From: Antedon mediterranea
Lineage: Eukaryota; Animalia; Echinodermata
DNA: 64,000 bases
Assembly: GCF_964355755.1 (NCBI RefSeq)
Contig: NC_092679.1
Location: forward strand, 9,777,332 to 9,841,331
Reading direction: 5' to 3'
Shown: piece after piece, positions 51,796 through 64,000 of the stretch
Position numbering within the stretch: the first letter of the stretch is position 1
Layout: the number at the start of each line of letters is the position of its first letter
The notes under the pieces: generated by a model
Databases searched by the model: none
Told to the model about the DNA's origin: nothing
What the model saw: the letters and a program-made list of their open reading frames with translations, nothing else
Translations under genes and position numbers: made by a program

Positions 51796-54546
51796 ATCTA
51801 TCTCTCTCTCTCTCGCTGATCTATCTCTCTCTCGCTGATCTATCTATCTCTCTCGCTGATCTATCTCTTTCTCGCTGATCTATCTCTCTCTCTCGCTGAT
51901 CTATCTCTCTCTCGCTGATCTATCTCTTTCGCTAATCTATCTCGCTCTCGCTGATCTATCTCTCTCTCTCTCTCGCTGATCTATCTCTCTCTTGCTGATC
52001 TATCTCTCTCTCTCGCTGATCTATCTATCTCTCTCTCGCTGATCTATCTTTCTTGCTGATCTATCTTTCTTGCTGATCTATCTCTCTCTCGCTGATCTAT
52101 CTCTCTCTTGCTGATCTATCTCTCTCTCGCTGATCTATCTCTCTCTTGCTAATCTATCTCTCTCTCGCTGATCTATCTCTCTCTCGCTGATCTATCTCTC
52201 TCTCTCTGATCTATCTCTCTCTCTCTCTCGCTGATCTATCTCTCTCTCGCTAATCTATCTCTCTCTCGCTGATCTATCTCTCTCTCACTGATCTATCTCT
52301 CTCGCTGATCTTTCTCTCTCTCGCTGATCTATCTCTCTCTCGCTGATCTATCTCTCTCTCGCTGATTTATATCTCTCTCGCTGATCTATCTCTCTCTCGC
52401 TGATCTATATCTCTCTCGCTGATCTATCTCTCCCTCTCGCTGATCTATCTCTCTCTCGCTGATCTATCTCTCTCGCTGATCTATCTCTCTCTCTCTCGCT
52501 GATCTATCTCTTTCTCGCTGGTCTATCTCTCTCTCGCTGATCTATCTCTCTCTCGCTGATCTATCTCTCTCTCGCTGATCTATATCTCCCTCTCGCTGAT
52601 CTATCTCTCTCTCGCTGATCTATCTCTCTCTCGCTGATCTATCTCTCCCTCTCGCTGATCTATCTCTCTCTCGCTGATCTATTTCTCTCTCGCTGATCTA
52701 TCTCTCTCTCGCTGATCTATATCTCTCTCGCTGATCTATCTCTACCTCTCGCTGATCTATCTCTCTCTCGCTGATCTATCTCTCTCTCGCTGATCTATCT
52801 CTCTCTCTCTCTCTCGCTGATCTATCTCTCTCTCGCTTATCTATCTATCTCTCTCGCTGATCTATGTCTTTCTCGCTGATCTATCTCTCTCTCTCTTGCT
52901 GATCTATCTCTCTCTCGCTGATCTATCTCTCTCTCGCTAATCTATCTCGCTCTCGCTGATCTATCTCTCTCTCTCGCTGATCTATCTCTCTCTTGCTGAT
53001 CTATCTCTCTCTCTCGCTGATCTATCTATCTCTCGCTGATCTATCTTTCTCTCGCTGATCTATATCTCTCTCGCTGATCTATCTCTCTCTCGCTGATCTA
53101 TCTATATCTCTCTCGCTGATCTATCTCTCTCTCGCTGATCTATCTCTCTCGCTGATCTCTCTCTCTCTCGCTGATCTATCTCTCTCTCGCTGATCTATCT
53201 CTCTCTTGCTAATCTATCTCTCTCTCGCTGATCTATCTATCTCTCGCTGATCTGTCTCTCTCTCTGATCTATCTCTCTCTCTCTCTCGCTGATCTATCTC
53301 TCCCCCGCTAATCTATCTCTCTCTTGCTGATCTATCTCTCTCTCACTGATCTATCTCTCTCTCGCTGATCTTTCTCTCTCTCGCTGATCTATCTCTCTCT
53401 CTCGCTGATCTATCTCTCTCTCGCTGATCTATATCTCTCTCGCTGATCTATCTTTCTCTCGATGATCTATCTCTCTGTCGCTGACCTATCTCTCTCTCGC
53501 TGATCTTTCTCTCTCTCGCTGATCTGTCTCTCTGTCTCTCTCGCTGATCTATCTCTCTCTCTCTCTCGCTGATCTATCTCTCTCGCTGATCTATCTCTCT
53601 CTCGCTGATCTATCTCTTTCTCGCTGATCTATCTCTCTCTCGCTGATCTATCTCTCCTTCTCGCTGATCTATCTCTCTCTCGCTGATCTATCTCTCTCTC
53701 TCTCGCTGATCTATCTCTCTCTCTCTCCCTCTCTGTCTCGCTGATCTATCTCTCTCTCTCTCTCGCTGATCTATCTATCTTTCTCTCGCTGATCTATCTC
53801 TCTCTCGCTCATCTATCTCTCTCTCGCTGATCTATCTCTCTCTCGCTGATCTATCTCTCTCGCTGATTTATCTCTCTCTCGCTGATTTATCTCTCTCTCT
53901 CGCAGATCTTTCTCTATCTCGCTGATCTATCTCTCTCTCGCTGATCTATCTCTCTCTCGCTGATCTCTCTCTCTCTCGCTGATCTATCTCTCTCGCTGAT
54001 CTATCTCTCTCTCGCTGATCTATCTCTCTCTCGCTGATCTATCTGTCCCTCTCGCTGATCTATCTCTCTCTCGCTGATCTATCTCTCTCTCTCTCTCTCG
54101 CTGATCTATCTCTCTCTCTCTCTCGCTGATCTATCTCTCTCTCGCTGATCTATCTATCTCTCTCGCTGATCTATCTCTTTCTCGCTGATCTATCTCTCTC
54201 TCTCGCTGATCTTTCTCTCTCTCGCTGATCTATCTCTCTCTCTCTCGCTGATCGATCTCTCTCTCTCGCTGATCTATATCTCTCTCGCTGATCTATCTCT
54301 CTCGCTGATCTATCTCTCTGTCGCTGACCTATCTCTCTCTCGCTGATCTTTCTCTCTCTCGCTGATCTATCTCTCTCTCTCGCTGATCTATCTCTCTCGC
54401 TGATCTATCTCTCTCTCGCTGATCTATCTCTCTCTCGCTGATCTATCTCTCTCTCGCTGATCTATCTCTCCCTCTCGCTGATCTATCTCTCTCTCGCTGA
54501 TCTAACTCTCTCTCGCTGATCTATCTCTCTCTCTCTCGCTGATCTA

Positions 54547-54577
<31 letters not shown>

Positions 54578-57500
54578 TCTATCTCTCTCTCGCTGATCTA
54601 TCTATCTCTCTCGCTGATCTATCTCTTTCTCGCTGATCTATCTCTCTCTCGCTGATCTATCTCTCTCTCGCTGATCTATCTCTTTCGCTAATCTATCTCG
54701 CTCTCGCTGATCTATCTCTCTCTCTCTCGCTGATCTATCTCTCTCTTGCTGATCTATCTCTCTCTCTCTCTCTCTCGCTGATCTATCTATCTCTCTCTCG
54801 CTGATCTATCTATCTCTCTCTCGCTGATCTATCTCTCTTGCTGATCTATCTCTCTCTCGCTGATCTATCTCTCTCTCGCTGATCTATCTCTCTCTTGCTA
54901 ATCTATCTCTCTCTCGCTGATCTATCTCTCTCTCACTGATCTATCTCTCTCTCTCTGATCTATCTCTCTCTCTTTCGCTGATCTATCTCTCTCTCGCTAA
55001 TCTATCTCTCTCTCGCTGATCTATCTCTCTCTCGCTGATCTTTCTCTCTCTCGCTGATCTATCTCTCTCTCGCTGATCTATCTCTCTCTCGCTGATTTAT
55101 ATCTCTCTCGCTGATCTATCTCTCTCGCTGATCTATATCTCTCTCGCTGATCTATCTCTCTCTCTCTCGCTGATCTATCTCTCTCTTGCTGATCTATTTC
55201 TCTCTCTCTCTCTCGCTGATCTATCTATCTCTCTCTCGCTGATCTATCTATCTCTCTCTCGCTGATCTATCTCTCTTGCTGTACTATCTCTCTCTCGCTG
55301 ATCTATCTCTCTCTCGCTGATCTATCTCTCTCTCGCTGATCTATCTCTCTCTTGCTAATCTATCTCTCTCTCGCTGATCAATCTCTCTCTCGCTGATCTA
55401 TCTCTCTCTCTCTGATCTATCTCTCTCTCTCTCGCTGAACTATCTCTCTCTCGCTAATCTATCTCTCTCTCGCTGATCTATCTCTCTCTCACTGATCTAT
55501 CTCTCTCTCGCTGATCTATCTCTCTCGCTGATCTATCTCTCTCTCTCTCGCTGATCTATCTCTCTCTCGCTGGTCTATCTCTCTCTCGCTGATCTATCTC
55601 TCTCTCGCTGATCTATCTCTCTCTCGCTGATCTATCTCTCCTTCTCGCTGATCTATCTCTCTCTCGCTGATCTATCTCTCTCTCGCTGATCTATATCTCC
55701 CTCTCGCTGATCTATCTCTTTCTCGCTGATCTATTTCTCTCTCGCTGATCTATCTCTCTCTCGCTGATCTATATCTCTCTCGCTGATCTATCTCTCCCTC
55801 TCGCTGATCTATCTCTCTCTCGCTGATCTATCTCTCTCTCGCTGATCTATCTCTCTCTCTCTCTCTCGCTGATCTATCTCTCTCTCTCTCTCTCGCTGAT
55901 CTATCTCTCTCTCGCTTATCTATCTATCTCTCTCGCTGATCTATCTCTTTCTCGCTGATCTATCTCTCTCTCACTGATCTATCTCTCTCTCGCTGATCTA
56001 TCTCTCTCGCTGATCTATCTCTCTCTCTCTCGCTGATCTATCTCTCTCTCGCTGGTCTATCTCTCTCTCGCTGATCTATCTCTCTCTCGCTGATCTATCT
56101 CTCTCTCGCTGATCTATCTCTCCCTCTCGCTGATCTATCTCTCTCTCGCTGATCTATCTCTCTCTCGCTGATCTATCTCTCCCTCTCGCTGATCTATCTC
56201 TTTCTCGCTGATCTATTTCTCTCTCGCTGATCTATCTCTCTCTCGCTGATCTATATCTCTCTCGCTGATCTATCTCTCCCTCTCGCTGATCTATCTCTCT
56301 CTCGCTGATCTATCTCTCTCTCGCTGATCTATCTCTCTCTCTCTCTCTCGCTGATCTATCTCTCTCTCTCTCTCTCTCGCTGATCTATCTCTCTCTCGCT
56401 TATCTATCTATCTCTCTCGCTGATCTATCTCTTTCTCGCTGATCTATCTCTCTCTCTCTCTCGCTGATCTATCTCTCTCTCGCTGATCTATCTCTCTCTC
56501 GCTAATCTATCTCGCTCTCACTGATCTATCTCTCTCTCTCGCTGATCTATCTCTCTCTTGCTGATCTATCTCTCTCTCTCGCTGATCTATATATCTCTCG
56601 CTGATCTATCTCTCTCTCGCTGATCTATATCTCTCTCGCTGATCTATCTCTCTCTCGCTGATCTATCTATATCTCTCTCGCTGATCTATCTCTCTCTCGC
56701 TGATCTTTCTCTCTCGCTGATCTCTCTCTCTCTCGCTGATCTATCTCTCTCTCGCTGATCTATCTCTCTCTTGCTAATCTATCTCTTTCTCGCTGATCTA
56801 TCTCTCTCTCGCTGATCTATCTCTTTCTCGCTGATCTATCTCTCTCTCGCTGATCTATCTCTCTCTCGCTGATCTATCTCTCCCTCTCGCTGATCTATCT
56901 CTCTCGCTGATCTATCTCTCTCTCTCTCTCGCTGATCTATCTCTCTCTCGCTGATCTATCTCTCTCTTGCTAATCTATCTCTCTCTCGCTGATCTATCTA
57001 TCTCTCGCTGATCTATCTCTCTCTCTGATCTATCTCTCTCTCTCTCTCTCGCTTATCTATCTCTCCCCCGCTAATCTATCTCTCTCTCGCTGATCTATCT
57101 CTCTCTCACTGATCTATCTCTCTCTCGCTGATCTTTCTCTCTCTCGCTGATCTATCTCTCTCTCTCGCTGATCTATCTCTCTCTCGCTGATCTATATCTC
57201 TCTCGCTGATCTATCTTTCTCTCGCTGATCTATCTCTCTGTCGCTGACCTATCTCTCTCTCGCTGATCTTTCTCTCTCTCGCTGATCTATCTCTCTGTCT
57301 CTCTCGCTGATCTGTCTTTCTCGCTGATCTATCTCTCTCTCGCTGATCTATCTCTTTCTCGCTGATCTATCTCTCTCTCGCTGATCTATCTCTCCCTCTC
57401 GCTGATCTATCTCTCTCTCTCGCTGATCTATCTCTCTCTCGCTGATCTATCTCTCTCTCGCTCATCTATTTCTCTCTCGCTGATCTATCTCTCTCTCGCT

Positions 57501-60500
57501 GATCTATCTCTCTCTTGCTGATTTATCTCTCTCTCGCTGATTTATCTCTCTCTCGCTGATCTTTCTCTATCTCGCTGATCTATCTCTCTCTCTCTCGCTG
57601 ATCTATCTCTCTCTCGCTGATCTATCTCTCCCTCTCGCTGATCTATCTCTCTCTCGCTGATCTATTCCTCTCTCGCTGATCTATCTCTCTCTCGCTGATC
57701 TATATCTCTCTCGCTGATCTATCTCTCCCTTTCGCTGATCTATCTCTCTCTCGCTGATCTATCTCTCTCTCTCGCTTATCTATCTCTCTCTCTCTCTCTC
57801 GCTGATCTATCTCTCTCTCGCTGATCTATCTATCTCTCTCGCTGATCTATCTCTCTCTCGCTCATCTATCTCTCTCTCGCTGATCTATCTATCTCTCTCT
57901 CGCTGATCTATCTATCTCTCTCTCGCTGATCTATCTATCTCTCTCTCGCTGATCTATCTATCTCTCTCTCGCTGATCTATCTATCTCTCTCTCGCTGATC
58001 TATCTATCTCTCTCTCGCTGATCTATCTATCTCTCTCTCGCTGATCTATCTCTCTCTCGCTGATCTATCTCTATCTCGCTCATCTATCTATCTCTCTCTC
58101 GCTAATCTATCTCTCTCGCTGATCTATCTCTCTCTCGCTGATCTATCTATCTCTCTTTCGCTGATCTATCTCTCTCTCTCGCTGATCTATCTATCTCTCT
58201 CTCGCTGATCTATCTATCTCTCTCTCACTGATCTATCTATCTCTCTCTCGCTGATCTATCTCTCTCTCTCGCTGATCTCTCTCTCTCTCGCTGATCTATC
58301 TCTCTCTCGCTGATCTATCTCTCTCACTCTCTTTCGCTGATCTATCTCTCTCTCTCTCGCTGATCTATCTCTCTCTTGCTGATCTATCTCTCTCTCGCTG
58401 ATCTATCTCTCTCTCGCTGATCTATCTCTCTCGCTGATCTATCTCTCTCTCGCTGATCTATCTCTCCCTCTCGCTGATCTATCTCTCTCTCTCGCTGATC
58501 TATCTCTCTCTCGCTGATCTATCTCTCTCTCTCGCTGATCTATCTCTCTCTCTCTCGCTGATCTATCTCTCTCTCTCTCTCGCTGATCTATCTATCTCTC
58601 TCGCTGATCTATCTCTTTCTCGCTGATCTATCTCTCTCTCTCGCTGATCTATCTCTCTCGCTGATCTATCTGTCTCTCGTTTATCTATCTCGCTCTCGCT
58701 GATCTATCTCTCTCTCTCGCTGATCTATCTCTCTCTTGCTGATCTATCTCTCTCTTGCTGATCTATCTCTCTCGCATATCTATCTATCTCTCGCTGATCT
58801 ATCTCTCTCTCGCTGATCTATATCTCTCTCGCTGATCTCTCTCTCTCTCGCTGATCTATCTCTCTGTTGCTGATCTATCTCTCTCTCGCTGATCTTTTTC
58901 TATCTCGCTGATCTATCTCTCTCTCTAGCTAATCTATCTCTCTCCCGCTGATCTATCTCTCTCTCGCTGATCTATCTCTCTCTCGCTGATCTATCTCTCT
59001 CGCTGATCTATCTCTCTCTCGCTGATCTATCTCTCCCTCTCGCTGATCTGTCTCTCTCTCGCTCATCTATCTCTCTCTCGCTGATCTATCTCTCTTTCTC
59101 GCTGATCTATCTATCTCTCTCGCTGATCTATCTCTCTCGCTGATCTATCTCTCTCTCTCGCTGATCTATCTATCTCTCTCTTACTGATCTATCTCTCTCT
59201 AGATAATCTATCTATCTCTCTCTAGCTGATCTATCTATCTATCTCTCTCTCCCTAATCTATCTCTCTCTCGCTTATCTATCTCTTTCTCGGTGATCTATC
59301 TCTCTCTCGCTCATCTATCTCTCTCTCGCTCATCTATCTATCTATCTCTCTCTAGCTGATCTATCTCTCTCGCTGATCTATCTCTCTCTCGCTGATCTAT
59401 CTATCTCTCTTTCGCTGATCTCTCTCTCTCGCTGATCTATCTATCTCTCTCTCGCTGATCTATCTCTATCTCGCTGATCTATCTCTCTCTCGCTCATCTA
59501 TCTCTCTCTCGCTGATCTTTCTCTCTCTCGCTGATCTATCTCTCTCGCTGATCTATCTCTCTCTTGCTAATCTATCTCTCTCTCGCTGATCTATCTCTCT
59601 CTCGCTGATCTATCTCTCTCTCTCTGATCTATCTCTCTCTCGCTAATCTATCTCTCTCTCGCTGATCTATCTCTCTCTCGCTGATCTATATCTCTCTCGC
59701 TGATCTATCTATCTCTCTCTCGCTGATCTATCTATCTCTCTCTCGCTGATCTATCTCTCTCTCGCTGATCTATCTCTCTCTCGCTCATCTATCTATCTCT
59801 CTCTCGCTAATCTATCTCTCTCGCTGATCTATCTCTCTCTCGCTGATCTATCTCTCTCTCTCTCTCGCTGATCTATCTATCTCTCTCTCGCTGATCTATC
59901 TATCTCTCTCTCGCTGATCTATCTCTCTTGCTGATCTATCTCTCTCGCTGATCTATCTCTCTCTCGCTGATCTATCTCTCTCTCGCTGATCTATCTCTCT
60001 CTCGCTGATCTATCTCTCTCACTCTCTTTCGCTGATCTATCTCTCTCTCTCTCGCTGATCTATCTCTCTCTCGCTGATCTATCTCTCTCTCGCTGATCTA
60101 TCTCTCTCTCGCTGATCTATCTCTCTCGCTGATCTATCTCTCTCTCGCTGATCTATCTCTCCCTCTCGCTGATCTATCTCTCCCTCTCGCTGATCTATCT
60201 CTCTCTCGCTGATCTATCTCTCTCTCTCGCTGATCTATCTCTCTCTCTCTCGATGATCTATCTCTCTCTCTCTCTCGCTGATCTATCTATCTCTCTCGCT
60301 GATCTATCTCTTTCTCGCTGATCTATCTCTCTCTCTCGCTGATCTATCTCTCTTGCTGATCTATCTCTCTCTCGTTTATCTATCTCGCTCTCGCTGATCT
60401 ATCTCTCTCTCTCGCTGATCTATCTCTCTCTTGCTGATCTATCTCTCTCTTGCTGATCTATCTCTCTCGCATATCTATCTATCTCTCGCTGATCTATCTC

Positions 60501-63500
60501 TCTCTCGCTGATCTATATCTCTCTCGCTGATCTCTCTCTCTCTCGCTGATCTATCTCTCTGTCGCTGATCTATCTCTCTCTCGCTGATCTTTCTCTATCT
60601 CGCTGATCTATCTCTCTCTCTAGCTGATCTATCTCTCTCCCGCTGATCTATCTCTCTCTCGCTGATCTATCTCTCTCTCGCTGATCTATCTCTCTCGCTG
60701 ATCTATCTCTCTCTCGCTGATCTATCTCTTCCTCTCGCTGATCTGTCTCTCTCTCGCTCATCTATCTCTCTCTCGCTGATCTATCTCTCTTTCTCGCTGA
60801 TCTATCTATCTCTCTCGCTGATCTATCTCTCTCGCTGATCTATCTCTCTCTCTCGCTGATCTATCTATCTCTCTCTTACTGATCTATCTCTCTCTAGATG
60901 ATCTATCTATCTCTCTCTCGCTGATCTATCTATCTATCTCTCTCTCCCTGATCTATCTCTCTCTCGCTTATCTATCTCTCTCTCGGTGATCTATCTCTCT
61001 CTCGCTCATCTATCTCTCTCTCGCTCATCTATCTATCTATCTCTCTCTGGCTGATCTATCTCTCTCGCTGATCTATCTCTCTCTCGCTGATCTATCTATC
61101 TCTCTTTCGCTGATCTCTCTCTCTCGCTGATCTATCTATCTCTCTCTCGCTGATCTATCTCTATCTCGCTGATCTATCTCTCTCTCGCTCATCTATCTCT
61201 CTCTCGCTGATCTCTCTCTCTCTCGCTGATCTATCTCTCTCGCTGATCTATCTCTCTCTTGCTAATCTATCTCTCTCTCGCTGATCTATCTCTCTCTCGC
61301 TGATCTATCTCTCTCTCTCTGATCTATCTCTCTCCCTCTTGCTGATCTATCTCTCTCTCGCTAATCTATCTCTCTCTCGCTGATCTATCTCTCTCTCGCT
61401 GATCTATATCTCTCTCGCTGATCTATCTCTCTCTCGCTGATCTATCTCTCTGTCGCTGACCTATCTCTCTCTCGCTGATCTTTCTCTCTCTCGCTGATCT
61501 ATCTCTCTCTCTCTCTCGCTGATCTATCTCTCTCTCTCTCTCTCGCTGATATATCTCTCTCTCGCTGATATATCTCTCTCTCGCTGATCTATCTCTCTCT
61601 CGCTGATCTATCTCTTTCTCGCTGATCTATCTCTCCCTCTCGCTGATCTATCTCTCTCTCTCGCTGATCTATCTCTCTCTCGCTGATCTATCTCTCTCAC
61701 TGATCTATATCTCTCTCGTTGATCTATCTCTTTCTCGCTGATCTATCTCTCTGTCGCTGATCTATATCTCTCTCGCTGATCTTTTTCTCTCTCGCTGATC
61801 TATCTTTCTCTCGCTGATCCATCTCTATCTCTCGCTGATCTATCTCTCTCTCTCTCTCTCGCTGATCTATCTCTCTCACTCTCTCTCGCTGATCTATCTG
61901 TCTCTCTCTCGCTGATCTATCTCTCTCTCTCGCTGATCTATCTCTCTCTCGCTGATCTCTCTCTCTCTCGCTGATCTATCTCTCTCTCGCTGATCTATCT
62001 CTCTGTCGCTGACCTATCTCTCTCTCGCTGATCTTTCTCTCTCTCGCTGATCTATCTCTCTCTCTCTCGCTGATCTATCTCTCTCTCTCTCTCTCGCTGA
62101 TCTATCTCTCTCTCGCTGATATATCTCTCTCTCGCTGATGTATCTCTCTCTCGCTGATCTATCTCTTTCTCGCTGATCTATCTCTCCCTCTCGCTGATCT
62201 ATCTCTCTCTCTCGCTGATCTATCTCTCTCGCTGATCTATCTCTCTCTTGCTAATCTATCTCTCTCTCGCTGATCTATCTCTCTCTCGCTGATCTATCTC
62301 TCTCTCTCTGATCTATCTCTCTCTCGCTAATCTATCTCTCTCTCGCTGATCTATCTCTCTCTCTCTGATCTATCTCTCTCTCTCTCGCTGATCTATCTCT
62401 CTCTCGCTAATCTACCTCTCTCTCGCTGATCTATCTCTCTCTCACTGATCTATCTCTCTCTCGCTGATCTTTCTCTCTCTCGCTGATCTATCTCTCTCTC
62501 GCTGATCTATCTCTCTCTCGCTGATTTATATCTCTCTCGCTGATCTATCTCTCTCTCGCTGATCTATATCTCTCTCGCTGATCTATCTCTCCCTCTCGCT
62601 GATCTATCTCTCTCTCGCTGATCTATCTCTCTCTCGCTGGTCTATCTCTCTCTCGCTGATCTATCTCTCTCTCGCTGATCTATCTCTCTCTCGCTGATCT
62701 ATCTCTCCCTCTCGCTGATCTATCTCTCTCTCGCTGATCTATCTCTTTCTCGCTGATCTATCTCTCCCTCTCGCTGATCTATCTTTCTCTCGCTGATCTA
62801 TTTCTCTCTCACTGATCTATCTCTCTCTCGCTGATCTATATCTCTCTCGCTGATCTATCTCTCCTTCTCGCTGATCTATCTCTCTCTCGCTGATCTATCT
62901 CTCTCTCTCTCTCTCTCTCTCTCACTGATCTATCTCTCTCTCTCTCTCTCTCGCTGATCTATCTCTCTCTCGCTTATCTATCTATCTCTCTCGCTGATCT
63001 ATCTCTTTCTCGCTGATCTATCTCTCTCTCTCTCGCTGATCTATCTCTCTCTCGCTGATCTATCTCTCTCTCGCTGATCTTTCTCTCTCTCGCTGATCTA
63101 TCTCTCTCTCGCTGATCTATCTCTCTCTCGCTTATTTATATCTCTCTCGCTGATCTATCTCTCTCTCGCTGATCTATATCTCTCTCGCTGATCTATCTCT
63201 CCCTCTCGCTGATCTATCTCTCTCTCGCTTATCTATCTCTTTCTCGCTGGTCTATCTCTCTCTCGCTGATCTATCTCTCTCTCGCTGATCTATCTCTCTC
63301 GCTGATCTATCTCTCTCTCGCAGATCTTTCTCTATCTCGCTGATCTATCTCTCTCTCTCGTTGATTTATCTCTCTCTCTCGCTGATCTATCTCTCTCTCG
63401 CTGATCTATCTCTCTCTCGCTGATCTATCTCTCTCGCTGATCTATCTCTCTCTCGCTGATCTATCTCTCCCTCTCGCTGATCTATCTCTCTCTCGCTAAT

Positions 63501-64000
63501 CTATCTCTCTCTCGCTTATATATCTCTCTCTCGCTGATCTATCTCTCTCTCTCTGATCTATATCTCTCTCGCTGATCTCTCTCTCTCTCGCTGATCTATC
63601 TCTCTGTCGCTGATCTATCTCTCTCTCGCTGATCTTTCTCTATCTCGCTGATCTATCTCTCTCTCTAGCTGATCTATCTCTCTCCCGCTGATCTATCTCT
63701 CTCTCGCTGATCTATCTCTCTCTCGCTGATCTATCTCTCTCGCTGATCTATCTCTCTCTCGCTGATCTATCTCTTCCTCTCGCTGATCTGTCTCTCTCTC
63801 GCTCATCTATCTCTCTCTCGCTGATCTATCTCTCTTTCTCGCTGATCTATCTATCTCTCTCGCTGATCTATCTCTCTCGCTGATCTATCTCTCTCTCTCG
63901 CTGATCTATCTATCTCTCTCTTACTGATCTATCTCTCTCTAGATGATCTATCTATCTCTCTCTCGCTGATCTATCTATATATCTCTCTCTCCCTGATCTA
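41975..64000. repeat. ~20-bp satellite GCTGATCTA(TC)n, array 3 (continues past the window end)
   Basis: Continuous tandem monomers with recurring variant monomers. Confidence 0.98.

Overview
Eukaryotic, AT-rich, gene-free heterochromatin-like window, probably from an invertebrate animal (inference). It is made almost entirely of nested repeats. From left to right: (1) a degenerate CR1-group (Crack-like) LINE (+, ~479-3746) whose 3' tail abuts (2) a ~17.8 kb array of ~257-bp satellite monomers, each with a tRNA-like Pol III cassette on the minus strand. The array includes three apparently identical 3573-bp higher-order units, each carrying four tRNA-Val(AAC)-derived genes or pseudogenes. (3) A tRNA-headed SINE-like element, small repeats and a 20-bp minisatellite. 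(4) A ~20-bp pyrimidine-rich satellite, GCTGATCTA(TC)n, filling ~31 kb. It is interrupted by (5) a probably full-length but decayed L2-type LINE (-), with a MITE in its 3' UTR, whose ORF1 combines an RNase H1 hybrid-binding (Cauli_VI-like) domain, a coiled coil and an SGNH esterase, and by (6) a 2311-bp CAC...GTG DNA element with a 4-bp target duplication whose left end resembles a 12-RSS. No host protein-coding gene is supported. All domain calls are by-eye motif recognition, not database searches.
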